From a bacterium (GTDB lineage: Archaea; Thermoplasmatota; E2; JACPAO01; JAHFTW01): DNA of 64,000 bases. The position numbers and the translations under genes were made by a program. Shown here in pieces: positions 19,572 to 29,091 of this stretch. The stretch lies in contig JAZJZE010000010.1 of assembly GCA_040390065.1 (NCBI GenBank), positions 1-64,000 of the forward strand, in the 5' to 3' direction. Every line of letters begins with the position of its first letter. Within the stretch, counting starts at the first letter, position 1. The notes beneath the pieces were generated by a model. That model was given only the letters and a program-made list of their open reading frames with translations. It was not told where the DNA came from and did no database searches.

Positions 19572-19955
19572 TTATAGCATTCTCGGCGTCGGGTTCTTCG
19601 CGTCGCGCGTCTTGGCCGCGTTGACGGCGTGCATTGCGGCGTCATAACGAAGGTGGCATCTGCTGCACATGTGCTTCAGGTGGTCGTCGCGCCCGCAGAG
19701 CGGGTCGCAGGCGCATGGGCCGCCGGCGGCGTTGAGGTGCGCGGTCGTCAGGACGATCATGCCCTTGGCGAAGTGCGCCTTGCGCCCTGCCCGCTCGACG
19801 CAGCGGCCCCAGGGGTGGAGGCGGCACTCGCCGACGCACTCGCAACGGCCTTCGGCGCGCTCTTTGATGCGCGCCACGACGTCCTTCCAGTCCTTCGGGT
19901 AGCGCGCCAGGCGGGCCTTGAGCGCCGCCTTCGACGCCTCACTGCGGATCGGCAT
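19572..19955 (-). CDS. HNH-like Zn-binding endonuclease
   Basis: YPKDW...IKERAEGRCEC...VLTTAHL...CSRCHLRYD. Confidence 0.65.
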   Translation of the reverse strand: MPIRSEASKAALKARLARYPKDWKDVVARIKERAEGRCECVGECRLHPWGRCVERAGRKAHFAKGMIVLTTAHLNAAGGPCACDPLCGRDDHLKHMCSRCHLRYDAAMHAVNAAKTRDAKNPTPRML

Positions 19956-19958
19956 CGG

Positions 19959-21752
19959 CTATCGCGGCTTCACGAACAGGATCTCGGCCGCGCGCAGTTC
20001 GCCCTTGGACGGATAGGTCAGGACGCCCATCGTCTTCAGCTCGCCGACCACGCGCGCGTAGTAGCCGCCGGCGGCGTCCATCTGGGAGAGGTCTGCGGCC
20101 GCGCCGCGCGCCAGGCTCTGCGGGTAGGTCTGGATGAGGTTGCGCAGCAGGCGCTGGTGCGACGGCCCCAGGCGCGCCAGGACGTCGGCCTGGATCTCCT
20201 CGTTCGTCTGGTGCGCCTTCCCGGGGTCCGCCTGCGCCTCGCCGGCGTCGGTCAGCAGGAGCGCGCCGCCGGAGGGGTAGTCGACGAGGCCGGCCGTCTT
20301 CAGCTCGCCCACGATCCTGGCGTAGTAGCCGCCGCTCGGGGTCATGCCGGCGAGCACGGCTACCTGCGGCCGTTCAGGCTCCATCACGCCCAGCTGCGCG
20401 AGCCAGGCGAGCGTGTTGAGGACGCGCCGGTGGGACGGGCCGAGCTTTACGTCGCCGACCATCTCTCCGACGGCTCGGTGCTGCGCCGCGAGGGCGGCGG
20501 CCATCTTCTTGCCAGCAGGCGTTTCGGCCACCGTCTTCGGGAGATTCACAGCGTCGAGACCCATCTTCCAATTCTCCATCGCCGCGCGCACGGACGCTCC
20601 CTGGGCTGGCGGCATGGACGCCGGCCGGAAACGGTCGAGGACCTTCGTGACGACCAGGATGGCCCCGACGGCCGCTTCCTGCACCTTGCGCGCCTTCTCC
20701 AGCGCGACCTCGAGGCGCTTGACCTGGGTCTCCCTGAGGACTGGGACCTCGACGGGAACGATCTTGACGCCCGCGTCCTTCGGGATCTTCGCGCGCGCGG
20801 CGAGCTGCCGCTCGAGCGTCCTGACGCGCTCTTGCAGGAGCTTCGGGTCCTCAGCCTTCGCCTTCTCCACGGTCGCGGCCATGGCCTCCCTGAGCTGCGC
20901 GATGTCGATGGGGGCCAGCTCGCGCGCGGCGCGGTGCTCGCCGACCTTGGGGGTGGCGGAGGCGTCGAAGGTGCGCTTGGGCGCGATGCGGATCTGCTTG
21001 TTGACCTTGAGGAAGGCGGGGCTCCAGACGTGGCAGGTGCCGGTCTCGAGGCCCGGCAACCGCTCGATGACGCCCTGGTCGATGTCGTGGGCGGCGATCC
21101 ACTCGCGCATCGCCTTGCGCTCGTGGGCGCCGGTGAGGCGGAAGGCGAGGACGGTCTGGCAGCCGTTGAGCGCTTTTTTGTTAATTTCCTGGGGGCGGGG
21201 CGAAAGAATTACGACGCCCATGCCGAAGTTGCGGCCGATCTTGATCTGGCGCACGAGGCGGTGCAGCATCATCTGCTCGCCCGGCTGCGGGTTCTGCGGC
21301 ACGAACTCCTGGCCCTCGTCGAGGATCATGCAGATGACCGACGGGGCCCGCTTCTTGCGGGCAAAGAGTCGGTCGGAGAAGCCGGCGATGAAGCGCGCCT
21401 TGTCGGCGTCGGTGTCGAACTGGGAGACGTCGATCACGGCCGAGATGTTCTTGTCGACGACGACGTCGGCGATGAGCGCGCCGCCGCCGGGTTCAAGCGG
21501 CACGTCGCCATGCAGGCCCCCGAAGACGGGGACCGGCAGGCCGGGCCCATTGCCGTCGCGCGCCAGGCGCAGGCCGTAGGCCACGCCGACAGGGTCGAGC
21601 CAGACGACCTGGACGCCGGCGTCGTACAGCTCCTCGAAGAGCTTGCCGGCGGCGTGGGTCTTGCCGCTACCGCGGGCGCCGATGAAGGCGACGGCCTCGG
21701 TGGCGATGTCGGCGGGCACGGCGAGATCCTTCGACAGGTGCAGCATCTTCAT
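19959..21752 (-). CDS. HerA/FtsK-like (DUF87) ATPase with tandem C-terminal winged-helix-like repeats
   Basis: Walker A GARGSGKT, WLDPVG, Walker B MILDEGQEF, GRNFG; two LGPSH...GGYYAR(I/V)VGELKT repeats. Confidence 0.8.
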   Translation of the reverse strand: MKMLHLSKDLAVPADIATEAVAFIGARGSGKTHAAGKLFEELYDAGVQVVWLDPVGVAYGLRLARDGNGPGLPVPVFGGLHGDVPLEPGGGALIADVVVDKNISAVIDVSQFDTDADKARFIAGFSDRLFARKKRAPSVICMILDEGQEFVPQNPQPGEQMMLHRLVRQIKIGRNFGMGVVILSPRPQEINKKALNGCQTVLAFRLTGAHERKAMREWIAAHDIDQGVIERLPGLETGTCHVWSPAFLKVNKQIRIAPKRTFDASATPKVGEHRAARELAPIDIAQLREAMAATVEKAKAEDPKLLQERVRTLERQLAARAKIPKDAGVKIVPVEVPVLRETQVKRLEVALEKARKVQEAAVGAILVVTKVLDRFRPASMPPAQGASVRAAMENWKMGLDAVNLPKTVAETPAGKKMAAALAAQHRAVGEMVGDVKLGPSHRRVLNTLAWLAQLGVMEPERPQVAVLAGMTPSGGYYARIVGELKTAGLVDYPSGGALLLTDAGEAQADPGKAHQTNEEIQADVLARLGPSHQRLLRNLIQTYPQSLARGAAADLSQMDAAGGYYARVVGELKTMGVLTYPSKGELRAAEILFVKPR

Positions 21753-22117
21753 GGTGTGGCTCCTTCCGGCGGCGGCTCGTGCAGCTCCATCCCCTCGAGC
21801 CGGATCACGATGCGGTCCGCCTTCGCCGGGAACTTGCGGATGCGGGCGTCGATGATCTTGCAGTCGTCGGTGAGGATGCCGCGCTTGACGAGACAGTCTT
21901 GCGTCACCTTGAGACAATTGTCGTAATCGATCTGGGCGAAGTTCTTGAGATAAAAGTCGAAGCCGATGCGGTAGTAGGGCTTCCCGACGACGGCGACCTT
22001 CGGCAGCGAGAGGCGCAGGCGCGTCTCGTACTCGGTCTTCGCCGCCGTCGGGAAGTGTCTCCCGCGCCAGGCCGCATTCGTGGAGAGCGGCTTGACGTGG
22101 AGCGTCAGGATCAGCAC
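21749..22117 (-). CDS. rusA: RusA-like Holliday junction resolvase
   Basis: PLSTN...IDYDNCLKVTQDCL...GILTDDCKI. Confidence 0.8.
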   Translation of the reverse strand: MLILTLHVKPLSTNAAWRGRHFPTAAKTEYETRLRLSLPKVAVVGKPYYRIGFDFYLKNFAQIDYDNCLKVTQDCLVKRGILTDDCKIIDARIRKFPAKADRIVIRLEGMELHEPPPEGATP

Positions 22118-22120
22118 GGT

Positions 22121-22420
22121 TCAGTTCTGGCCGCCCCGGTCCGGCTTCTCGACCTTCTCGATGCGGACGGCCTGGAAGGCGGTGTGCTTGACCTTCACGT
22201 GCGCGTCGATGTCGAAGGTGTGCGTCCAGCCCTCGTCGTCGGTGAACTTGATCGTGGTGATCCCGAGCTTCTGGGCCGCGGCGATCATGTCCTCCTTGCG
22301 GTCCTTCGCGCGGTCCTTGAGCGTCCCGGACTCGCGCTCGGCGATGATGTAGGCCTCGGCGGCCTTCTGCACGACGTTGAGCTTCTGCTTCATCCCAGGC
22401 ATGATCGTCTGTTCGGCCAT
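22121..22420 (-). CDS. Hypothetical protein
   Basis: MAEQTIMPGM... with AGGAG RBS. Confidence 0.6.
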   Translation of the reverse strand: MAEQTIMPGMKQKLNVVQKAAEAYIIAERESGTLKDRAKDRKEDMIAAAQKLGITTIKFTDDEGWTHTFDIDAHVKVKHTAFQAVRIEKVEKPDRGGQN

Positions 22421-22642
22421 GGCGTTGTCTCTCCTTTTCGCGGCGTTCAAAGCTGGCGGCACGGGACGAGGCCGCGCGGGTCGGGAATGGCGGCGTCCGA
22501 GTGGACGATGGCCTCGGCGTTCCCGAAGCCGTCGTCAAGGCGGACGGTGTAGGCCTTGCCGTCCTTGTAGACGACGCGCGCGCGGATCAGGATGGTCTCG
22601 GGGTCCAAGGTCGGGCTCTCCTTGCGGCGGTGCGGCGGTGTC

Positions 22643-22672
22643 ATCATAGCATGCTATCTGTTATACGGTCAA
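22643..22672 (-). promoter_or_regulatory. Promoter with operator-like palindrome
   Basis: TTGACC-18 nt-TATGAT; ATAGCATGCTAT at 22646-22657. Confidence 0.55.
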
Positions 22673-22739
22673 ATATAATTCAATCCACCGTCGCAGGAAG
22701 GAGACCCGCCGCGCGGTTGGCCTTTAGGGTCTTGACTTG

Positions 22740-23567
22740 TTAGAGAAGGCGAGCACCGGCGCTCCACGCGGCCTGGTTGATCCAGAGGACTTCGGTGCGC
22801 TTGCTCGCGCCGTCCGCCAGGGCGCTACGCGCGACGCGGTTCCAGTCCGGGTACAGGTCCTCGTCGTAGAGAGGCGACGGGTAGCCGCTCAGGACTACCC
22901 CCCCCAGAACTGCTCGCAGCACGCGCGCGAGGTCGCGGTGGTCCGCGTCGGTCATCTCGTGCCGGTAGGATCCCGCCGAGCCGGCCTTGCGCGTCGAGAG
23001 CAAGTACGGCGGGTCGACGAAGTGGAGCGCGTCTGGCCGGTCCTGTGCCTCGATGACCTCGGCCGCCGGCCGGCACTCGACGAGCACGCCGCGCAGCCTC
23101 TCGGCGATCGCCTCGAGTGCGCTGGGGTAGTTCGTCCAGTCGCGGCTCGGCGCACGGCCTCCGTCGTGTCCGCCCTGGCGGAAGCCGACGCTCTTGTCGA
23201 TGCGCGGCGAGTCGCTGCCGTGGCCGAAGAATGACCGCACGATAAGGCGGCGCGCCTGCTCGAACGGCTCCTCGGTGAACTCGTAGGCCTGCTCGAATTC
23301 GGCACGTGAGAACGGAGTGAGGTCTACGCGCCGGCGCAGTTCGGCCGCCGCGGACGGCTCGCGCAGGAGGCGGAACAGGCCGACGACCTCCTGGTCGAGG
23401 TCGTTGTAGACCTCGGCATAGGCGCGCGGCTTGCGGAGCAGGACCGAGGCGGCGCCGCCGAAGGCCTCGGTGTAGACGCGATGGGGAGGAAAGTGGTCGA
23501 TGATCCACGGCGCGAGCATCCACTTCCCGCCGTGCCAGCGAAGGACGGGGCGCGCGGGCGTCGTCAC
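22740..23567 (-). CDS. Dam-family (D12) DNA adenine methyltransferase
   Basis: LRWHGGKW, YTEAFGGAASV, EVYNDLD, FVDPPY. Confidence 0.92.
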   Translation of the reverse strand: MTTPARPVLRWHGGKWMLAPWIIDHFPPHRVYTEAFGGAASVLLRKPRAYAEVYNDLDQEVVGLFRLLREPSAAAELRRRVDLTPFSRAEFEQAYEFTEEPFEQARRLIVRSFFGHGSDSPRIDKSVGFRQGGHDGGRAPSRDWTNYPSALEAIAERLRGVLVECRPAAEVIEAQDRPDALHFVDPPYLLSTRKAGSAGSYRHEMTDADHRDLARVLRAVLGGVVLSGYPSPLYDEDLYPDWNRVARSALADGASKRTEVLWINQAAWSAGARLL

Positions 23568-23760
23568 TGGGCCGCCGCGGCCGGCGCCTTCCAGAACGCG
23601 CATGAGCACATTCCGTCCGTGCGGTCCGGGTCCCAGGCGCGGCACGGTCGTCCGCCGACGCCGTCGTGGTAGGCAGGCGAGTGGCCGCAGCTGGCGCACC
23701 ACGGCTCCGGCGCCGGGATCTGGGCTGCGACCTCCGCGGCTTCCTCGTGGGTGTCGTCGC

Positions 23761-24453
23761 TCACAGGAGCTGCGCCTGCGCGGTCTGCTGGGCGATGCGT
23801 TCGCGCGTCGAGGCGGCCCAGCCCGGGTCGATCTCGATGCCGCACCAGTCCAGGCCGAGCTTCTGGGCGGCCACGAGGCCGGTGCCGCAGCCGGCGAACG
23901 GGTCCAGAAACGTCATGCCGGGCTTGGCGCCGCTGATCTCAAGCAGCCAGGCGATGAGGTTGACCGGCTTCTCGGCGGGATGCCCGTTCGGCTTCTGGCT
24001 CGACCAGGGGAACTCCTTGATGTCCGGGATGCCGCGGTCCTCGATGTTGAAGTCCTCGCCGGCGAACAGGCTCACCAGTTCATAGCTCGGGCGGAGGCCG
24101 CGCTGGCCTGGCCCGATCCAGGCCTTGTTCCAGACGAGCTGGCTGGTCACCTTCCAGCCCGACTCGTAGGCGGCCTTATGGACGACCGGCACCGTCTGCC
24201 AGTTGTGGAAGGACCAGAAGGCCCCGCTCGGCTTGAGGATCCGCTTGACGTCCCGGTACAGCTCCGTGAACCAGCGCGAGGCATTGAGCAAGTCGGCCCA
24301 CGGGTTGAGCTTGCCGCCGCCGCTCGAGGCGACCGAGATCGAGTAGGGCGGGTCGGCGACGATCATGTCAAAGCTCGCGGCCGGGATGAACTTGAGCACG
24401 TCGAGGCTGTCGCCCTCGATCACCTTGCCCATGAAGTCGGCGGGGTAGTTCAG
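23761..24453 (-). CDS. N6/N4 DNA methyltransferase (beta class)
   Basis: IEGDSL, VADPPY, HPAEKP, FLDPFAGCGT. Start is CTG 24453 or ATG 24432. Confidence 0.9.
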   Translation of the reverse strand: MNYPADFMGKVIEGDSLDVLKFIPAASFDMIVADPPYSISVASSGGGKLNPWADLLNASRWFTELYRDVKRILKPSGAFWSFHNWQTVPVVHKAAYESGWKVTSQLVWNKAWIGPGQRGLRPSYELVSLFAGEDFNIEDRGIPDIKEFPWSSQKPNGHPAEKPVNLIAWLLEISGAKPGMTFLDPFAGCGTGLVAAQKLGLDWCGIEIDPGWAASTRERIAQQTAQAQLL

Positions 24454-24634
24454 ATGCTCTCCTTGATCGATTCGAAATAGATGCCGGCGACCTTGGCGCG
24501 CGCGTGCGCTGGCGTCGACTTCAGCGTGCATCCGATCAGCAGGTTGACAGCCGTCAGCGTGTCGGCTGGCTCCGCGCCCTCGGCCGCCATCTTCGAGACG
24601 AACGCCACTGTGTGGGCCTTTATCTCCGGGATGG

Positions 24635-25072
24635 TCATGCAAACCTCGCCGTCTTGATGTTCTTGAGAGCGGCCCACTCGGCGCGCGTCATCTCGACGGT
24701 GACGCGCATGATCTGGATCGGCGAGAAAGCGGCGGGTCCGCCGACGCCTTCGAAGGCGACGATCTTGGCCTGGACGCCGCGCTTCTTGGCGGCGCGCTTC
24801 TCGCGCCAGAAGTCGACCTGCTCCGGAGGCGTGACGATCCAGACCGTCTGTCCGTCGCGCGTGTCGCCGCGCGGGCAGATGACGCCGGCCTCGGCCAGCT
24901 CGAAGATGCGGGCGCTCACCGTGGTGTGCGGCCACTCCTGCGCGGCCATGACCTCGCGGATGGTCTGGCCAACGCGGCCCTGCTGTCGGATCGTATCGAA
25001 GACGACGCCGCGCTTGTTGCGCATCATCGGCAGCTGCTGCTGGTACGCCTCGCGGCTCGCGGCGGTGCTCAT
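24635..25072 (-). CDS. Winged-helix DNA-binding protein
   Basis: GQTIREV...HTTVSARIFELAEAGVI. Confidence 0.55.
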   Translation of the reverse strand: MSTAASREAYQQQLPMMRNKRGVVFDTIRQQGRVGQTIREVMAAQEWPHTTVSARIFELAEAGVICPRGDTRDGQTVWIVTPPEQVDFWREKRAAKKRGVQAKIVAFEGVGGPAAFSPIQIMRVTVEMTRAEWAALKNIKTARFA

Positions 25073-25202
25073 GCGCGTTCTCCTGTCCGTCTCGTCCGAT
25101 CCGCGTCCCCGCGGTTCCAGTCGGTTCTGGTAGCGGGGCGCTCGATAAAGCTCCCCGGCTTGCATCCCGGCTGCCGCCTTTCGGGCGGTGTCGGAAATCT
25201 TC

Positions 25203-26735
25203 TCACGCTGCGACGGCGGCGACCTCCTCGAGGCGGTCCAGGATGCGGACCATGGCCATGGTGTCCTGCGCGCAATAGGCGCGGAGGTCGGCCATGATCT
25301 TGGCCCGCTCCTCGGGAGTGACGTCAGGCTCCATGAGGCGCGCGTAGGCCCGCATGGCCGCGGCGCCGTTCTGGATCGCCAGGCCCTCGTAGGTCGTGTC
25401 CGGGAAGAGCGTGGGGAGGACCGCCTTGATCGACCAGCGCCCCTTGAAGCCGGGGTGGGCGTAGAAGGCCTTGCGGAACGGATCGGCGACGTCGAATAGG
25501 CGCGCCTCGAGGTCGAGCATGCCCTGCGCCGCGCCGCTTCCCTCAAGGTAGGCCGCGAGGCCCTTGAGGATGCCGCCCTCGTAGCTCTTGGAGTAGGCGA
25601 TGACGGGCCCGGTGCGCCCGAGGCGACCGCTGAGGAAGTCGATGAGGTCTGCGCGCGGGTCCTTCGTCCCATCGCCCAGGAACTCGCGGTGCTCGAGCGG
25701 CGCGCCCGGCTCGCGGCGGACGTGGACGGAGGCCTGGAAGGGCAGCGCCTGGTAGGGGCGCAGGCCGTCGTAAGGCGGCACGGCGGGGTTGACCGCCTCG
25801 AAGTCGAGGAAGTAGCGCGGGTACTCGAGGTCGCGCAGCAGCTCGCCGATGGCCTTGGCGTCGATGTGGGGCTGCCCGCTCCTGGCGACCTGGCGCTGGA
25901 CGGCCTGGTAGTCGGTCAGCTTGTAGTCCTTCGTCGCCTCGTCCTTCTTGTCGAAGTCCGGGATCTCGGCGACGGTCTTGATGCCCTTGTTCCAGAGCGC
26001 AGTCTTCTTCTTCATGAGCGCGCCGGCGAGGTTGAAGACGGAGTAATCGGGGACGTCCTTCCAGCAGTGTCCGATCAGGCTACAGTCGTGCGGCTTGGTG
26101 CAGTGCGGCCCGATCGCCTGCGCGGGCGCCTCATCCGCGGCCGCGACCGTCTTCATGCGCCGAAGCTGCTCGGGAACGACGTCGAGCAGGCCCTCGGTGG
26201 CGCTGGTGACGTCGACCGGCAGGAACAGCTTGCGCAGGTCGAGCGGCCCCTGCCGGACGTAGCCGGGGTCGAGGTGGACGAGGTGCGCCGCGCCGAGCTG
26301 CACGCCGGCGCCCTGCAGGACGTAGCGCTGGATGGCGACGTCGCTCAGGTGGTAGTCCTCGAGCTTGGTCGTGCTCTTGACCTCAAAGAGATCCCAGCCG
26401 CCGCCGGGGCCCTTCGCCAGGATGTCGACGCGGACCAGGACGTCTTCGTAGAGGAAGGCGGCCTCGTAGAGGACCTGCGCGCCGTTGTGGATGGCGACCT
26501 CGGTCTGCTTGAGCGCGCGCTCCGGCTCGGTGTGCGGCGCGTCGATGAGCACGCCGCCGCCGATCCACTTCTGGGCCAGGATACCGACCTGAGTGCCTTG
26601 GTCGAAGATGGCCTGCAACTCGGGGCTGACGGGGTCCTGCAGCTCGGGGTGCTCGCGGTACAGCCACAGGCTCTTGACGCACTGCAGGGCGCGCGTGAAT
26701 TGGCTTTTGCTGAGGTATCTGGTCTTGGCGGTCAT
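25203..26735 (-). CDS. DUF2779 protein (PD-(D/E)xK nuclease plus RNase H-like domain)
   Basis: LSKSQF...QCVKSLWL, VRVDIL...EVKSTT, CTKPHDC...C, YFLDFE...PFQ.S.H, WSIKAVLP, YCAQDT. Confidence 0.85.
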   Translation of the reverse strand: MTAKTRYLSKSQFTRALQCVKSLWLYREHPELQDPVSPELQAIFDQGTQVGILAQKWIGGGVLIDAPHTEPERALKQTEVAIHNGAQVLYEAAFLYEDVLVRVDILAKGPGGGWDLFEVKSTTKLEDYHLSDVAIQRYVLQGAGVQLGAAHLVHLDPGYVRQGPLDLRKLFLPVDVTSATEGLLDVVPEQLRRMKTVAAADEAPAQAIGPHCTKPHDCSLIGHCWKDVPDYSVFNLAGALMKKKTALWNKGIKTVAEIPDFDKKDEATKDYKLTDYQAVQRQVARSGQPHIDAKAIGELLRDLEYPRYFLDFEAVNPAVPPYDGLRPYQALPFQASVHVRREPGAPLEHREFLGDGTKDPRADLIDFLSGRLGRTGPVIAYSKSYEGGILKGLAAYLEGSGAAQGMLDLEARLFDVADPFRKAFYAHPGFKGRWSIKAVLPTLFPDTTYEGLAIQNGAAAMRAYARLMEPDVTPEERAKIMADLRAYCAQDTMAMVRILDRLEEVAAVAA

Positions 26736-26919
26736 GGACGCGTCTCCTTTTTCGGCATCAAGCGGTCGATCTCCAGGCGGGCGGCGTGAAGTTCGTCTCG
26801 AAGATTGTCGATGACGTTGGCGTAGGCGTGGAAATCGTCCATCAGGTGGTCGATGATGCGCCATGCCTTTTGCCACGCCATGATGTGCCCGAGACGATAC
26901 GCCGCTCGATCTAATATTT

Positions 26920-27291
26920 TCATCGCAGCCACGGAGGCGTCTCGGGCTCGGGCGGCGCGGCCTTCTCGGCTGGGTCCAGCTCCGAGCCGGCCGGCGCGAC
27001 GGCGGTTCCCTTCTGGATCCGCAGAAGCTCCTCGATCGCCTTCCACGTCTCGGCGACGTGGATGAGCTTGAAGTCGCCCTCGTCGAGGCCGTCCTTGGGC
27101 AGCTCCTTCTCGCCGGTCACGCGGTTCGGCTTGTACATGCCGGCGCGGACCTGGACCTTGAAGCTCTTGCCGTCCTTCACGGTCTGAACGACCCAGACGC
27201 CGAATCCCTTGCCGTCGCGCCACTCCTTCTCGCGGAGCGTCTTGAGGACGATCTCGCGGTACTCGGGGGCTGCTCCATCGGCCATGGTCAT
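26920..27291 (-). CDS. Hypothetical protein, possibly ssDNA-binding
   Basis: Beta-rich core with acidic/Pro tail EPETPPW; lies in the recombination module. Confidence 0.45.
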   Translation of the reverse strand: MTMADGAAPEYREIVLKTLREKEWRDGKGFGVWVVQTVKDGKSFKVQVRAGMYKPNRVTGEKELPKDGLDEGDFKLIHVAETWKAIEELLRIQKGTAVAPAGSELDPAEKAAPPEPETPPWLR

Positions 27292-27765
27292 GCTTCCTTG
27301 GCGAGGCGCACGCAGTGGCTCGCGTTCACGTAACCCGCCTTTCCCTCGACCTTGATGACTGGATGCGGAAATCCAGGGAGTCCGTCTTGTATAACATCGA
27401 GGACCGCGCCGACGACGAGGAAATCGTTGTCGCCGAGGAGCGCCAGGTATCCCACGCGCTCTCCGATCTTCAATGAAGTGGCCACCGTCAGGCCTTCGGG
27501 GTGCCGACGGTGTCGGGGCGGGCGATTGGCCGCGGCTTCGGGCGCCGCATGCGGCGCAGCTCGCGCAGGGCGGCGCGCGGGTCATCGTGCGCCTCAGTCC
27601 AAGAGAGCCCATGGGCATAGACGCTCCACTTCAGAGAGGCCTCTACCGTCGGCTTTCCGCGCTCGTCTCCGTAGTAGATGTGCTCCACCTTGACGCTGAC
27701 CAGCAGGCTCCTCGGCGCGGCCCGCTTGGCCGCCTTGACGACCTCGGCGAACGTCATCGGCTTCT

Positions 27766-29028
27766 TCATTTTCGGCCTCCCACGGCGCGCCGCTTGAGCT
27801 GCTCGTCGACCTGCGGATAGGCCTTGATCCCAGGACAGGCGAAGCGGTCCTTCTTGTCGGTCACGTCCTCCTGAATCTTCGACGGCCTCCAGTCCTGCGG
27901 GCGCTTGCGGTTGTAGCCCACGTACTCGATGGGCGCCAGGCCGTCGAGGACGGCTTTGAGGATCGCCATGACGGCGGTGATGTCGCCCATCTCGCTCCCG
28001 TCAGAATCCAAGTCGTATTTCCAGCGGACGGTCCCGGTCGTCCCGGTGTCGTCCGCCTTGACGCTGGCCGTCGCGGCGGCGGCCGCAGCGGCGGCGGTCG
28101 CGGCCGAGGTGGCCGCGTCGGCCGCCTCGCGCGCGCGGAAGGCCTCGGCCTCGGCTTCCTTCCTCTTGCGCTCGGCCTCCTTGGCCTCGGCCTCCTCGCG
28201 CAGCAGCTTCTCCTCGGCGATGCGGGTGGCCTGCTCCTGCTCGAGGCGGACGGTCTCCAGGTCCTTGGACTGCTCGGCCTTACCCAGGACCGGGCTGATC
28301 GGCGTGGCGCTCTCGAGGATCGTGTCGACCTTGCCGGCGCCGTTGCCCTCGGCGTGCGCGACCTCGGCGTGCTTGATGCGCGCCTCCTCCTCCTCCTTGA
28401 GCTTCCTGGCCGTCTCGGCGGCGGCGGCCTCGCGGGCCTCCCGCTCGCGCCGCTCCTTGGCCTCCTTCTCGGCCTGGACCCGGCGCGCCTCGGCCGCGGC
28501 GGCCTCCTCCTGCCGGCGCTTCTCGTCCTCGGCCGCCTTCTTGGCGCGGCGCTCGGCCGCCTCCGCGTCGCGCTGCGCCTGCTCGGCCGCCTCCCGCTGG
28601 CGCCGGGCCTCCGCCTCGGCGCGCTCGCGCGCGAGCTTGGCCTCGCGCTCCTTGCGGGACTTGTAGTCGGACACGTGGCCGAGCAGGGCCTTCTTGAGCG
28701 CGGCGATGGGCTTGAGCCGGGAGTCGAAGACCTCGCGCCGCTCCTCGCCGGGGCGGTACCAGGCCTCCATGTAGAACTCCTCGCGCCACGCCTTGAGCAG
28801 GTCCTCGCCGTTGTCGCGCAGGCTCTCGGCCTCGCGGACCGCCAGGGCCATCGTCTCGTCGTCCTTGATGCCGGCGGCGAGCTTGGCGGTGACGGCGTCG
28901 GCGCGCGCGATCATCTTGTCGATGCTCGGGGCGAGTTGGGTGCGGATGACTTCGAAGTCGACGACCTCGGGGACGACGATGCGCTCGAGGGCGGTGGTGG
29001 CGGCGGCTGGCGTGCTCGGCTGATCCAT
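27766..29028 (-). CDS. Long coiled-coil protein in the recombination module
   Basis: 420 aa with an E/A/R/K-rich centre; first gene behind the 29060-29088 promoter. Confidence 0.65.
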   Translation of the reverse strand: MDQPSTPAAATTALERIVVPEVVDFEVIRTQLAPSIDKMIARADAVTAKLAAGIKDDETMALAVREAESLRDNGEDLLKAWREEFYMEAWYRPGEERREVFDSRLKPIAALKKALLGHVSDYKSRKEREAKLARERAEAEARRQREAAEQAQRDAEAAERRAKKAAEDEKRRQEEAAAAEARRVQAEKEAKERREREAREAAAAETARKLKEEEEARIKHAEVAHAEGNGAGKVDTILESATPISPVLGKAEQSKDLETVRLEQEQATRIAEEKLLREEAEAKEAERKRKEAEAEAFRAREAADAATSAATAAAAAAAATASVKADDTGTTGTVRWKYDLDSDGSEMGDITAVMAILKAVLDGLAPIEYVGYNRKRPQDWRPSKIQEDVTDKKDRFACPGIKAYPQVDEQLKRRAVGGRK

Positions 29029-29059
29029 GTCTCGGCTCCTTGACGGCTACGTGACGGTG

Positions 29060-29088
29060 ATTCTACTAGATGGCATGCGATCTGTAAA
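29060..29088 (-). promoter_or_regulatory. Promoter with operator
   Basis: TTTACA-GATCGCATGCCATCTAG-TAGAAT. Confidence 0.75.
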
Positions 29089-29091
29089 GGC

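Noticed and set aside
19629-21926. Long plus-strand ORFs (also 43805-46318, 48253-50196, 54731-56599 and others)
   Set aside because: They lie antisense to well-supported minus-strand genes and lack motifs; such shadow ORFs are expected in high-GC DNA.
28060-28660. Low-complexity GCC/CTC repeats as a DNA repeat element
   Set aside because: Explained by the Ala/Glu/Arg/Lys coiled-coil coding sequence.
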